Positions 19,120 through 29,982 are shown, numbered from the stretch's first letter. The stretch: 52,871 nucleotides of DNA from an uncultured Lentisphaeria bacterium (GCA_964578155.1 CAZOBQ010000002.1:1-52871); one strand, 5' to 3'. Made by a program: numbers and translations. Notes: generated by a model not told the origin, from the letters alone.

Positions 19120-20676
19120 ATGAAACCAGTTGTACTAATTGTACTTGATGGTGTGGGCTACACCGAAAGAGCTGAGGGTAATGCCGTTTTGGCTGCTAGA
19201 ACGCCAAACCTGGACCATTATCGTAAAACATACCCGAAGAGTATTTTAGGCGCCTCAGGAGAAGCAGTTGGTTTGCCGGCGGGTTTTCAGGGCTCCAGTG
19301 AGGTTGGCCATTTAAGCATGGGTGCCGGAAGGGTTGTGATTCAAGAGCTTAAGCGTATTAACGACCAGCTTGAAAACGGAACAATCTATCAGGGTGCGCT
19401 TTGGCAGTCCATGATGGACACGTGGATAACTAATAACTCCAACCTACATCTTTTAGGCCTGCTTCAGGATGAGGGCGTGCACGCACACTATGACCATCTC
19501 TTCAAATTTATTCGCCAAGCTGTGAAAGAAAACCCCGAGGGAAACGTGGTCATCCATCCCTTTCTTGATGGTCGAGATACGCCCCCAAAGAGTGCTTTGG
19601 AACACCTGAACAAGCTTCAGTCCGTCATAGATGAATTCCAAAATGTATCCATCGGAACATTTATGGGTCGCTATTATGGGATGGATAGGGCTAAGAAGTG
19701 GGAGCTGACAGATCAGGCCTATGACTGTATTGTTTCAGCAAAAGGTCGCATAGCCAACTCTATAGCGGAGACAATAAAGCTATCATGGAAGGAAGACAAA
19801 ACCCCGAACAATGAGAATATGTTTGATGAATATATACCTCCATTTGTGATGCGTGGGTATGCAGGAGTTCTCGACGGGGATGTCATTTTGCACACGAACT
19901 ACAGACAAGACAGAGCGACCCAGCTAACAAAATCATTTATTGAGCCTGATTATCCAGGGGCAAAGAAAGCGGATCTTGACATCATGTATGTTGGAATGAC
20001 ATCATATTATGATGGTTTTGATAACTTTCTGCTCGGCGAGGATGCAGATGACGATCACGAGCTTCCTCCCACGGTAGGAAAACTCATTGCGGACGCCGGG
20101 ATGCACCAATTGAGGCTTGCGGAAACCCAAAAATTTCCACACGTGACCAGTTTTTTTAATGGCAAACTAACGACACCCTGTAAAAATGAAGAACGGATAG
20201 AGCTAGAAGGTCGATTTGACCCGGCGAGTTTTGCAGATCATCCGGAAATGGAAGCATATAGAGTGGCCGAGACCTTTATTGCCCAGCTGGATAGAGGGAA
20301 ACATGACTTCATCATGGTGAATTTTGCTAATGGAGACATGGTGGGTCATACAGGAAGCTTTGACGCCGGAGTTCAAGCCGTTGAGATCATTGATGAGTGC
20401 CTGGGAATGGTTGTTCCTGCAGTTTTAGAAAAAGGCGGTCGTTTGCTGATCACTGCTGATCACGGAAATGTGGATCAAATGCTTGACTATGAAACCGGCC
20501 TGGTTAGAACCAGCCACAGCCTTAATCCGGTCGAGTTATTTTACATCACCAAGGAGTTGGACGCTGATGTCACGCTGGCTGATGGCGTCCTTTCAGATAT
20601 TGGCATCACTATTTTGGAGTTGCTGGAAATTGATATTCCGAGCCAGATGGACGCTAAGACTCTAATTAAACTATAA
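19120..20676 (+). CDS. gpmI: 2,3-bisphosphoglycerate-independent phosphoglycerate mutase
   Basis: VVLIVLDGVGY, SEVGHLSMGAGRV, NFANGDMVGHTG and ITADHGN motifs. Confidence 0.92.
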   Translation: MKPVVLIVLDGVGYTERAEGNAVLAARTPNLDHYRKTYPKSILGASGEAVGLPAGFQGSSEVGHLSMGAGRVVIQELKRINDQLENGTIYQGALWQSMMDTWITNNSNLHLLGLLQDEGVHAHYDHLFKFIRQAVKENPEGNVVIHPFLDGRDTPPKSALEHLNKLQSVIDEFQNVSIGTFMGRYYGMDRAKKWELTDQAYDCIVSAKGRIANSIAETIKLSWKEDKTPNNENMFDEYIPPFVMRGYAGVLDGDVILHTNYRQDRATQLTKSFIEPDYPGAKKADLDIMYVGMTSYYDGFDNFLLGEDADDDHELPPTVGKLIADAGMHQLRLAETQKFPHVTSFFNGKLTTPCKNEERIELEGRFDPASFADHPEMEAYRVAETFIAQLDRGKHDFIMVNFANGDMVGHTGSFDAGVQAVEIIDECLGMVVPAVLEKGGRLLITADHGNVDQMLDYETGLVRTSHSLNPVELFYITKELDADVTLADGVLSDIGITILELLEIDIPSQMDAKTLIKL

Positions 20677-20688
20677 GAAAGAAGAAAT

Positions 20689-23232
20689 ATGAAGAAATCA
20701 ATTGTATTAATCACGTTGTTGGCCGTTTCAAGTCTTATAGCTTCCCGCCAGGGAGTATCAATTCACAAGCTAAACAATGGAATGGAAGTCTTGTTGGTTG
20801 AGAATAAGGCCCTGCCAATGGTCGGTGTAAATGTTGTCGTAAAAACTGGATCCGCATATGAAACTTATGAGACGAGCGGAATGAGTCACATGTTAGAACA
20901 CCTGCTATTTAATGGAACAACCTCTAGAACCCAACGAGAGCTATATGACGATACGGACTTGATTGGGGGCTATAACAATGCAAATACAGGTGACTATTAT
21001 ACAAACTACATGATGGTCATGCCGGCCGAGCATCAGATCAAAGGCATGGAGATACAGGCTGACATGCTTTTTAATTCCATTCTTCCTGAAGACAAATTTG
21101 AAAAAGAGAAGGGTATTGTGCTTGAAGAGATTGCACAGAGCCTGTCAAAACCAGCTACAGAGATGGAATACAACCTGTCTGCTGAATTCTATAAGGGACA
21201 CGCCCTATCTTTGCCAACACTTGGAACCTATGCCACGATTGAACACATGTCTCGTGATGGTGTGAACCACTATTATCAGTCAACCTACTTACCTAACAAT
21301 ATGATCTTAAGCGCCATCGGTAATTTTGACAGCGAAACCATGTTAAAAGAGATCAACAGAATTTATGGGGCAGCCGCTCCCGGGTCAGTATTTCGACCAA
21401 CAGACAGTATTTTGAAAACAGGAATGACTAGGGTTTCCGGGAATAATCTCACACCTGGAGCATGGCTTGATCGATATTATGGTGGTGAGTTAAACACCCT
21501 ACATCAGATCTATCAGTTGCCAACGGATAAAACTGAAGGTTTTTTCTCGTTGTTAGAGCTGGGACTGAAAGAACAATTAAATGAGATTGAATCAGGCCTC
21601 AAACAGAAGTTCCCCAACGTGGTTGAGAGTGTTGAGCTTGAGCTACACACAAGCCCAATTGCAGCATACATTGCTTTTAAGGTGGGCATGAACGATTACG
21701 ATAATCCGTCCACTATTAACGATCAGTTGCATGACTTATTAAAAGGTGTGAAGATTCGAATACCAACAGCTACCCTCGCCTCTTTAGCAACCAAAGAAAA
21801 GACAGACTTCTTAAGAAACTCAGAAAAACCCCATATGTTTGGAATCTATAACTCGTATGCCTTTGCTGTGGATGGAATTGATGGTGTCTTGGATCTTCCA
21901 ACAGAGATGACATTGTCGTCGGCCGCCAAAACATTAAAGAAGTTTCGCTTCAAAAGTGAACCTGCTGTCATTTTTCACCATGCTAGTGGCGAAGAAGATG
22001 CCGCTTCCAGCGGTGAAGTTGTGACACAACTGATTCAAGGACCAGAACAAGGGATGGGTTTGGTTGTAAGACAAAACACAGCCTCCGAGTTATTGGCCAT
22101 TCACTACCTCTTTAAATATAAAGCGGCCTATGAGTCTGAATTTGGGCAGGATGCCGCAAAGATCCTGCATGACTGTTTTGGTCAACGCATGAAATCCCCT
22201 GAGAAAGAAGAACTGGGTAAAAAGTTTGGTTTGAAGTTTACGGTAAATGACAACCCTTGGATTCCAATGGACAATATTTATCTACATCCTGATTTTGGCT
22301 ATATCAGGGTCGAGGGCTTGGCAGCGAATCTTGATGAAGCAATCGCCTTTCTTAATGCAGAAATGAATGGATTTGTACCAACGCAAGCCGAATTTGAAAT
22401 AGCACAGGGCAAGTTTTCGCGCGGAATGACCCACGGTGGAAAAGATAAAGCTAAAGATCAGTTTGAAGCACTGAAAGATTCAGTTCTGTATGGTGCGCAA
22501 GTTGAAGAAGCCGCAAAGGAATTGACTTATAGCAGTCTGCTAAGTTTTACGAAGGTCTATTTTGAGCCAAACAATCGCGTGGTGAGTGCTGTTTCTCCAC
22601 AACCAACAACGCTGGTTGCAAAACAGTTGTTGTCCGGTGTAAGCACTTCCCCGAGTAAAGAATACGCCCTGACAGAGAAGGCGTATCAAACTCCTTCAAG
22701 CTCCTTTGCCATAGATACTCCCGGTGGTGGTGAGAGGTCTTATTTGTTCTGGGGATTTGTTAAAGATATTGACCCTGCAGATAAAGCAGCAATCAAAGCC
22801 CTCTCACTGTTGCTCTCTGATAAGATAATATTTGATGTACGCGAGAAACAAGGGATGGCATACCGAATGTCCGCCACCTCAAACGTAAGAGACAATAAAG
22901 TATTATTCTATATTACACTGGGCACCAGACCTCAAAACACAGACGTCCTGGTTCCTCAATTCCCAAAACTGATGAGTAAGGAATATTTGGGTGATATAAG
23001 TGAGACGGATGTCCAGAAAGCGATCAATATGTACCTTGGGCGGATGATGTTCCGTAGACTTTCCAGTGTGAATCAAGCCTACTACCTGGGGACATCTTTG
23101 TTTTTTCATGACGACATGAACGAAGACCAATCTCAGCTGAACGCCTTAAAAAAGGTAACCCTTGAAGACGTCAATAGAGTTGCTGCAAAATATTTATCGG
23201 CAGAGAATCCTATTTCTATAGTGGTTAGATGA
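20689..23232 (+). CDS. Secreted M16 (pitrilysin/insulinase) family zinc peptidase, two-module form
   Basis: Signal peptide. Inverted zinc motif HMLEHLLFNGT (HxxEH). 847 aa is consistent with fused active and inactive M16 halves. Confidence 0.85.
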   Translation: MKKSIVLITLLAVSSLIASRQGVSIHKLNNGMEVLLVENKALPMVGVNVVVKTGSAYETYETSGMSHMLEHLLFNGTTSRTQRELYDDTDLIGGYNNANTGDYYTNYMMVMPAEHQIKGMEIQADMLFNSILPEDKFEKEKGIVLEEIAQSLSKPATEMEYNLSAEFYKGHALSLPTLGTYATIEHMSRDGVNHYYQSTYLPNNMILSAIGNFDSETMLKEINRIYGAAAPGSVFRPTDSILKTGMTRVSGNNLTPGAWLDRYYGGELNTLHQIYQLPTDKTEGFFSLLELGLKEQLNEIESGLKQKFPNVVESVELELHTSPIAAYIAFKVGMNDYDNPSTINDQLHDLLKGVKIRIPTATLASLATKEKTDFLRNSEKPHMFGIYNSYAFAVDGIDGVLDLPTEMTLSSAAKTLKKFRFKSEPAVIFHHASGEEDAASSGEVVTQLIQGPEQGMGLVVRQNTASELLAIHYLFKYKAAYESEFGQDAAKILHDCFGQRMKSPEKEELGKKFGLKFTVNDNPWIPMDNIYLHPDFGYIRVEGLAANLDEAIAFLNAEMNGFVPTQAEFEIAQGKFSRGMTHGGKDKAKDQFEALKDSVLYGAQVEEAAKELTYSSLLSFTKVYFEPNNRVVSAVSPQPTTLVAKQLLSGVSTSPSKEYALTEKAYQTPSSSFAIDTPGGGERSYLFWGFVKDIDPADKAAIKALSLLLSDKIIFDVREKQGMAYRMSATSNVRDNKVLFYITLGTRPQNTDVLVPQFPKLMSKEYLGDISETDVQKAINMYLGRMMFRRLSSVNQAYYLGTSLFFHDDMNEDQSQLNALKKVTLEDVNRVAAKYLSAENPISIVVR

Positions 23233-23271
23233 AAAGAGCTGTAAATCGAGCCAGGGGAGCTGATTTGGAGA

Positions 23272-23291
23272 GACGCAGCATGCTGCGTCTG
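23272..23291. repeat. Perfect 20-bp palindrome AGACGCAGCATGCTGCGTCT in the M16-M1 intergenic gap
   Basis: Read directly; 9-bp arms around AT. No T-tract follows. Confidence 0.8.
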
Positions 23292-23329
23292 TACTGTGCA
23301 GGACGACAAACAGAAATAAGAGGTATAAA

Positions 23330-25444
23330 ATGAGACTGGTTAAAGCTGTCTTAATAACGCTTGTAAGTGTGCTAATTATGGTGTCATGTAAGCCGACTGA
23401 GGTAAGCGAGGTTATCTTTACCGACCACAATCTCAAGTTTGACTTAAATATTGAAAAAAGCAGTGTAATGTTTGAAGACAAGGGGTTAATGCAGGTTAAG
23501 TCGGGGGTAAACGTGTTTTATTTAACCCCTAATGCAAGGGTAGACCATGTGATGCTTGATGGTAAAGCATTAGAGTTTAAGACGCTTGATTCAAACAGTA
23601 TATCTACCCTTGATAGTAAGTTAGCCTCTAAAATTGTGTCATTAGATCCCCCGAATAACGCATTATGGGTCATTTTTAAGCAAAAAACGACCAAAGAGGT
23701 CAATTTTAGTGTAAAATACTCATCCGTCTTTCAGGCTGATGTCTCAGAGGTTCGTTTTTCGAATCAAAACGTGGGTCGTGAAGTCACAGCCACCATTATT
23801 GACAGGGGTGCCTATTTCAGCCCCTCGTCTTATTACTATCCACGCGGGAATGATGGTTTGATGAATTTTGAGGTGACTGCCAAGATACCCGAGGGTTGGG
23901 AATCTATTGCAGATGGAAATAGCATCTCTAGTGAGGTAAGTTATGGTCAAAAAATTCAAAGCTGGAAAAACCCTTACCAATCCGACGGCTTGATGTTTAT
24001 GGCAGCCCCATTCGTTGTTGGGCATGTCAAAGCAAATGAAATTGATGTGTATTGCTATTTCTTTGAAGAGGATACCAGTCTTTTTGAAACCTACTTACCG
24101 GCCACTGCAGAATATGTTAAAATGTATTCTGATATGATTGGTCCCTATCCCTATGAAAGATTCACTGTGGCGGAGAACTTTTTCCCAACGGGTTATGGGA
24201 TGCCAGCCTGGACTTTACTGGGCCAGCAGGTTATTCGACTACCTTTTATTGTTATGACCTCTTTAGGACATGAAGTGCTTCATAACTGGTGGGGAAACAG
24301 TATTTATGTCGACTACGATAAAGGAAACTGGTGTGAGGGCCTCACGGTCTATGGAGCAGATTATCACTATAAGCTCAATCGCAGTCCAGCCAGTGCACGT
24401 GATTACCGCAAGGACATATTAAAACAATACAAAAGCTATGTGACCGCTGACAATGAATTTCCTGTTCGTGAGTTTGTGGCTCGTCATAATGCGGAAAGCC
24501 GTACGATCGGTTACAATAAGACCATGATGATCTTTCACATGATTGAGAATCATGTTGGTACCGAGAACTTCTTTCAAGCGTGGCGAGATATTTATGCTGA
24601 TTACCGGGGCCAGAAAGTGACTTGGGAGGTTTGGATCCAGGCCTTTGAAAAAAGCTCTGGAGAGAACCTGACGCATATAATTCCGCAATGGGTGGATACA
24701 GTTGGCGCTGCAAACCTGAGTGTTGAGTTGCTGGAGTCTTCAAAGAACGAAGGGAAAACGAACATCAAGCTCGTAGTCAATCAGCCCGAGAATGGCGCCT
24801 ACTCTTTGAATCTTCCAATAAAATTCATGGGGTCCGCAGATCAATATCAAACAGTTCAAGTTGAAGGAGCACAAACAGTGCTAGAGTTTACACTTGATGG
24901 CGATATTAGCGCCTTCGAGCTAGACCCTGACTATAACGTGTTCAGGCATCTTTATCCTCAAGAGATCGAACCGATTGTAGCGGCTGTTATGGGTGCCCCA
25001 GAAAAGCATTTTGTCTATTACTCAGGAAATGAGAAAGAATCCCTAAAAGCTTTTGGAGACAACCTTACTGAAGGTGATGTTTCACCAGTATCCGGAGGTG
25101 AAATTCTGACTTTGGGTCCAGAAGGGACTTACGCCATAATTACCTTAAACCCAACTCAATTGCCTGCTGGTCTGGATCAGAAAATTCAAATGAATGACAA
25201 GACTATTACGATCAATGGAACCGAATACCAACGGGAAGGCCATACCTTTGTTTTAAGTGCCGAAGAAGCGGAGATCTCAGCAAAGCTGCTGGTGGTGATC
25301 TCTAATGACAAAGCATCCTTAGCGCGGGTGGGTCAACTGATTCCCCATTATGGGAAATATTCCTATCTTGTTTTTAAGGGCTCTCGGAATATTGGCAAGG
25401 GACAATGGCCAGCACTGACAAGTCCACTCAGGAAAAACCTATAG
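23330..25444 (+). CDS. Secreted M1-family (gluzincin) metallopeptidase
   Basis: Signal peptide with a Cys lipobox-like VSC. HEVLHNWWG followed by E exactly 18 residues after the second His (HEXXH-X18-E). Confidence 0.85.
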   Translation: MRLVKAVLITLVSVLIMVSCKPTEVSEVIFTDHNLKFDLNIEKSSVMFEDKGLMQVKSGVNVFYLTPNARVDHVMLDGKALEFKTLDSNSISTLDSKLASKIVSLDPPNNALWVIFKQKTTKEVNFSVKYSSVFQADVSEVRFSNQNVGREVTATIIDRGAYFSPSSYYYPRGNDGLMNFEVTAKIPEGWESIADGNSISSEVSYGQKIQSWKNPYQSDGLMFMAAPFVVGHVKANEIDVYCYFFEEDTSLFETYLPATAEYVKMYSDMIGPYPYERFTVAENFFPTGYGMPAWTLLGQQVIRLPFIVMTSLGHEVLHNWWGNSIYVDYDKGNWCEGLTVYGADYHYKLNRSPASARDYRKDILKQYKSYVTADNEFPVREFVARHNAESRTIGYNKTMMIFHMIENHVGTENFFQAWRDIYADYRGQKVTWEVWIQAFEKSSGENLTHIIPQWVDTVGAANLSVELLESSKNEGKTNIKLVVNQPENGAYSLNLPIKFMGSADQYQTVQVEGAQTVLEFTLDGDISAFELDPDYNVFRHLYPQEIEPIVAAVMGAPEKHFVYYSGNEKESLKAFGDNLTEGDVSPVSGGEILTLGPEGTYAIITLNPTQLPAGLDQKIQMNDKTITINGTEYQREGHTFVLSAEEAEISAKLLVVISNDKASLARVGQLIPHYGKYSYLVFKGSRNIGKGQWPALTSPLRKNL

Positions 25445-25508
25445 TTTTCAAGGCTTAGGCCAGCATCTAAAAATCGAAACGGCGAAATGAGAAGAAACTG
25501 TTTGTTCT

Positions 25509-25524
25509 TGGCACTTAATTTGCA
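25509..25524 (+). promoter_or_regulatory. Candidate sigma-54 (-24/-12) promoter
   Basis: TGGCAC-TTAAT-TTGCA matches TGGCAC-N5-TTGC with exact GG/GC spacing. Intergenic, correctly oriented, ~57 nt upstream of the TetR ATG. Confidence 0.4.
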
Positions 25525-25581
25525 CATGTTCGACCGAGCGTTCGAAAAGCAGAACGAAGAGTTTATAAGAGGACGATTTAC

Positions 25582-26172
25582 ATGACGGTAGATAGAAAAG
25601 CCATTGAAAGAGAAGCCAGAAAAGAACTTATTCTTAAAGGGGCGCTCACTGTCTTTAAGGAAAAGGGGTTAGCGGGAGCAAAGATTGATGAAATTGCACG
25701 CGCTTCAGGTTTTGGTAAGGCTACTCTCTACTACTACTTCAGCTCAAAAGAAGAAATCTTCAACGCACTTCTCCTCCAAGGGTGGTTGATGCTTTGGGGT
25801 GACCTGGAAGAGGTTGCTGTGGGTGGTGACAACCCGCGACGTACCTTTATAGCCATTCTAAAGCGAATTGCTGAGCTGGTTAATGGGAATCGTCCTCTCT
25901 ATGAATTCTTGTTCTTTGCTCCCAGGGCTAATCGTCCTGAGGAGAATGAAAAAGCAGACTGGAAAGTTTATCAAACAAGGTTATACAATGTCCTTCTAGA
26001 GCTCATTGAAGAAGGAAGCAAGGCAGGACAGTTTCCCCAAATGGAATCACGGCTGGTACTAAAAGCGCTTGGTGGGCTTTTTCACGGACTCGTGTTTTGG
26101 GGAGAAGATCGAACTTCAATCTCAGAAGATGAAATTGAAAAAATGTTAGATATGATTTTGCAGGGTAATTAA
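25582..26172 (+). CDS. TetR/AcrR-family transcriptional regulator
   Basis: N-terminal HTH: FKEKGLAGAKIDEIARASGFGKATLYYYFSSKEEIF. Confidence 0.85.
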   Translation: MTVDRKAIEREARKELILKGALTVFKEKGLAGAKIDEIARASGFGKATLYYYFSSKEEIFNALLLQGWLMLWGDLEEVAVGGDNPRRTFIAILKRIAELVNGNRPLYEFLFFAPRANRPEENEKADWKVYQTRLYNVLLELIEEGSKAGQFPQMESRLVLKALGGLFHGLVFWGEDRTSISEDEIEKMLDMILQGN

Positions 26173-26263
26173 TAATGGCAGTAGTAAATAAGGTGTTGTA
26201 GTGCTTGTTATACCAAAGCAAAGATTTTATCTTTAGCTCTTCAATACCGTTAAGGAGGTTCTT

Positions 26264-27280
26264 ATGAAAAGAAAGATTACACTTTTAACACTAATCCTGT
26301 TTGGATTGACCCTTGGGTTCTCTTTTGGGCAATCATACACTGAAGATTTTGAAGATGGCGTAGTCAGTGATTGGCAACAGTATCGTGCCGGAGAAGAGAT
26401 GATCCAGGCGATTGATATGGCTTCAGCTCCGGCTGTTCTCGCAGAAGGAGGTAGTAAGGTTGGCTATATCCAGGATACTAACGGTAGCTATACAGGTGCA
26501 GCTATTCTGCTCATGGGCGACACCTTAGATGCCAACTATACGGTTGAGGCAGATGTTTATGTTTATGAAAATCCATCACCTTCAGGCTATACTGGTATTG
26601 TCGCTTATGGTGATTCCTCAAAAAGCTACTATGTCAAACTGGTAGCTGATTTTGACTCCAGTAATCGGTTCCGTCTCTATAATAACCGATTAAACACATC
26701 GACTTTTGTGTATACTTTTCACCACGCCCTTTCAACCACAGGTATAGATAAATCCGAGGGCTGGCATCATATGAAAGTTAAAGTGAGTACGAATGCGGTC
26801 GACAATACGGTCTCCTACCAGTGTTGGTATGATAATGTGGATCTGGGAACTTATGTTGATGACGCAGCTGGCCATACGACCAGTGGTTTGGCGGGAGTAT
26901 ATGCATTCCAGCAGGACACCGATGGTATAGCTGGATACTTTGATAATTTCGTAGTTGAACCTAATGGGTCTGTTGCTATAGATAAGCCCAAAAATCTACC
27001 TGTTGTCATGACCTTGGAGCAGAATTTCCCCAACCCCTTTAACCCTTCAACCACCATCTCGTTTGATATAAACGAAGAAGGACAGGCTGCCCTGCATGTA
27101 TATAATGTAAAAGGTGAGCTAGTTACCACGCTTGTTAATGGTCACATTAACTCGGGTAGTTATCAGGTAAGCTGGGACGGAACAAACGTTAACGGGCAGG
27201 CCTTACCATCCGGATCCTATTTAGTTGTTCTAAGCAAGGGAAATGAGCAGCTCAGTCGCAGCATGCTCATGATCAAATAA
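26264..27280 (+). CDS. Secreted LamG/jelly-roll-like protein with T9SS C-terminal sorting domain
   Basis: Signal peptide. C-terminus LEQNFPNPFNPSTTISFDI...VYNVKGELV...GSYLVVL is a Por_Secre_tail-type CTD. Confidence 0.75.
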   Translation: MKRKITLLTLILFGLTLGFSFGQSYTEDFEDGVVSDWQQYRAGEEMIQAIDMASAPAVLAEGGSKVGYIQDTNGSYTGAAILLMGDTLDANYTVEADVYVYENPSPSGYTGIVAYGDSSKSYYVKLVADFDSSNRFRLYNNRLNTSTFVYTFHHALSTTGIDKSEGWHHMKVKVSTNAVDNTVSYQCWYDNVDLGTYVDDAAGHTTSGLAGVYAFQQDTDGIAGYFDNFVVEPNGSVAIDKPKNLPVVMTLEQNFPNPFNPSTTISFDINEEGQAALHVYNVKGELVTTLVNGHINSGSYQVSWDGTNVNGQALPSGSYLVVLSKGNEQLSRSMLMIK

Positions 27281-27334
27281 TTATAAAACTCAATGGCTGT
27301 CTCAATCGTTATGGGGCAGCCATTACCTACCACA

Positions 27335-29980
27335 ATGAATAAAAAGATAATCACCGCACTAATATTAGTGCTTCTCACAAGCGTATCCTTTGCCGGGGTT
27401 GGCGGGAAGATAGCTGGTAAAATCAGTTCACTAGATGGAACCATTATGGCTGGTGTCAATGTGGTCATTAATGAAACATCTTTAGGGACAGCTTCTGACC
27501 TGGATGGAGACTACTTTATTCTCAACGTACCTCCGGGGACCTACACCATAAGATTCATGATGATCGGATACAAGACAGCTGTTTATCAAGAGGTTCAGGT
27601 TATTTCTGATTTTACCACCCGTTTAAATACTGTCCTTGAACCAGTTGCCCTCGATGCTTTAGAAGAAGTAATTGTAACCGCAAGCCGACCCTTGATTCAG
27701 AAAGACGCAACATCAACCATTCATGTGGTGGGGGCTGACGATATTGTGGCTATGCCAGTATCAACATTCAAGGATGTTCTGGTTACCCAGGCAGGCTTTA
27801 CCGAGGATGCAAGCGGAGGAATACATGTCCGCGGGGGGCGTACAAAAGAAATTTTATACATGATCGATGGTATTGTTGTAAGGGACCCCCTGGAGGGGGA
27901 TTTCAGCGGTAGTGTAAATCAAGATGCTATTCAGGAAATGACGGTTATAAGCGGTACTTTTAATGCGGAATATGGTCAAGCTATGTCTAGCGTGGTAAAC
28001 ATTGTTACAAAAGAAGGTGGTTCTGATTTTAGCGGAAAGATGGAATTTACCAGTGACCAGTTAAACGAATCACCCTATCATGAGTCGGGAGCTTTTGAGT
28101 ATATAGACCCAAGCTATGCAAACGTAGACTCAGCCTATATTTATCCTGATCAACAGGACTCTGTCTTGTTCTCATATATTGATAATGCCCCTGATGACTA
28201 TTACGTACCGGGAATAATTCCCATGGTGAACCTTCCTGTTAAAGGTAAAGTTAGTCTCAGTTTTGGGGGCCCACTTCCGATTGGAAATACCCATTATTTT
28301 GCGTCCATGTTTTATAGCGAGCTTGACAATCCATTACCTTATGGCATAAACATTAACCAGGATGTTCAGTTAAAATTAAGTAACAAGATCACTCGCAAAC
28401 TCAAGCTTGTGGCCCACTTGCATAGCACGAGTCGTTTATCTCAGAGTTATTCACATACCTGGAAGTATTTACCTGAAAATCATGCCCATACTTATCAGTC
28501 TAATGATCGACTGGCTCTTAAGCTGACCCATTCACCAAGTAGAAGCGTATTTTACAATATTCATGTCACCCAGCAGTCAGTGAGTACCAGAGTTGGGGTA
28601 AAGGCCTTGTTGCCAGAAGATTACGAACGCCCCGCAACGGACAAGTCTGTTTATTTTTATGAAAGTGGACATGAGGGAATTATTAATAACAACCAGAGTA
28701 TTACCGCTTCTACAGGCTTTAACCTTACCTGGCAGGCTAATCAACAACACCAGATAAAAACCGGCTTCTTGTTGGACAAACACCGTCTTGAGATCAATAC
28801 CGAAGAAGAACCCTGGGAGGGTGGCGTCAATTTTAAAGACGACACCTCGTTCTCACCATCAGAAGGTTCCTTTTACGTGCAGGACAAGATCGAATATGAT
28901 TTTATGATCTTCAACCTGGGTATCCGATTTGATCAGATCAATCCACAGATAAATATGTGGGAAGACCTGACCCGCTTTACCATGTTTGATTCAACAACTC
29001 AAACTTGGGGACCAGCACCAACGGTAGAAACCGAGTCTCAAACTAAATGGAGTCCGCGAATCGGTCTGGCTTATCCCGTCACCGACAATACGGTTTTTCA
29101 TTTTTCTTATGGCCACTTTTTCCAAAGTCCAAACTTTAGATCTATGACTTATAATGCCAGCAAGGACATTACCTCATCTTTACCGTTGGTTGGAAATCCA
29201 AAAGTTAAACCACAGAAAACGGTGGCTTTTGAAGTGGGTCTAAAACAAGCCTTATCGGCAGATACCCGATTAGAATTAACCGTTTGGTCTAAGGATATTC
29301 GTGATCTTTTATCAACTGAAATGCTACGCTTTCAATCCAATACAGTTATTGTGTATAGCAATTCAGATTACGCCAGCGTCAAGGGAATTGACCTGAGTAT
29401 TGACCGACAGTTTAGTGGACATTTTGGTGCCGATCTTAGCTACACTCTTTCTGTTGCTCGCGGAAATAACTCCTCACCCATAGCCGGGTATTTTTCTGCT
29501 TATACCAATGAAGAGATTCCCCATAAAGAATATTTCCTCAGTTTTGATCAACGCCACGACCTGTCTTTTAATCTTTCACTACGCAGCTTTGCTAAAGAAG
29601 GCTTTCAACTTGGTAGTTTATATCCCCTATCAAATATCAACGCTAACCTGCTGATTAGTGCCGGTAGTGGTTTGCCATACACACCGTATGTTGATCCTTC
29701 GATTCGAGTTGAAGAAAATTCCGCTAGAAAACCCTGGACGTTTACCCTTGATTTGCGGGTCAAGAAAAGCATAAATCTTGGGTCCTTGAGATCTTCAGTA
29801 TTTTTTGAGGCTATCAACTTAACGGACTATGAAAACATTCTTGTCGTGAGCAGTAGAACAGGGGAACCATTCAATTCGGGTGCAAGTGGACTCGTGGGTG
29901 CAAATGATGATGGTAACTTAAATCCGGCTAAACTTGGACCAGGTAGAGCCGCCAAGCTAGGATTGAGTGTGAGTTGGTAA
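27335..29980 (+). CDS. TonB-dependent receptor with N-terminal carboxypeptidase-regulatory-like domain
   Basis: GKISSLDGTIMAGVNVVINETSLGTASDLDGDYFILNVPPGTYTIRF (CarboxypepD_reg). Plug region (IHVRGGR). Long barrel ending in the aromatic LSVSW. The ATG at 27335 gives a signal peptide. Confidence 0.85.
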   Translation: MNKKIITALILVLLTSVSFAGVGGKIAGKISSLDGTIMAGVNVVINETSLGTASDLDGDYFILNVPPGTYTIRFMMIGYKTAVYQEVQVISDFTTRLNTVLEPVALDALEEVIVTASRPLIQKDATSTIHVVGADDIVAMPVSTFKDVLVTQAGFTEDASGGIHVRGGRTKEILYMIDGIVVRDPLEGDFSGSVNQDAIQEMTVISGTFNAEYGQAMSSVVNIVTKEGGSDFSGKMEFTSDQLNESPYHESGAFEYIDPSYANVDSAYIYPDQQDSVLFSYIDNAPDDYYVPGIIPMVNLPVKGKVSLSFGGPLPIGNTHYFASMFYSELDNPLPYGININQDVQLKLSNKITRKLKLVAHLHSTSRLSQSYSHTWKYLPENHAHTYQSNDRLALKLTHSPSRSVFYNIHVTQQSVSTRVGVKALLPEDYERPATDKSVYFYESGHEGIINNNQSITASTGFNLTWQANQQHQIKTGFLLDKHRLEINTEEEPWEGGVNFKDDTSFSPSEGSFYVQDKIEYDFMIFNLGIRFDQINPQINMWEDLTRFTMFDSTTQTWGPAPTVETESQTKWSPRIGLAYPVTDNTVFHFSYGHFFQSPNFRSMTYNASKDITSSLPLVGNPKVKPQKTVAFEVGLKQALSADTRLELTVWSKDIRDLLSTEMLRFQSNTVIVYSNSDYASVKGIDLSIDRQFSGHFGADLSYTLSVARGNNSSPIAGYFSAYTNEEIPHKEYFLSFDQRHDLSFNLSLRSFAKEGFQLGSLYPLSNINANLLISAGSGLPYTPYVDPSIRVEENSARKPWTFTLDLRVKKSINLGSLRSSVFFEAINLTDYENILVVSSRTGEPFNSGASGLVGANDDGNLNPAKLGPGRAAKLGLSVSW

Positions 29981-29982
29981 CT

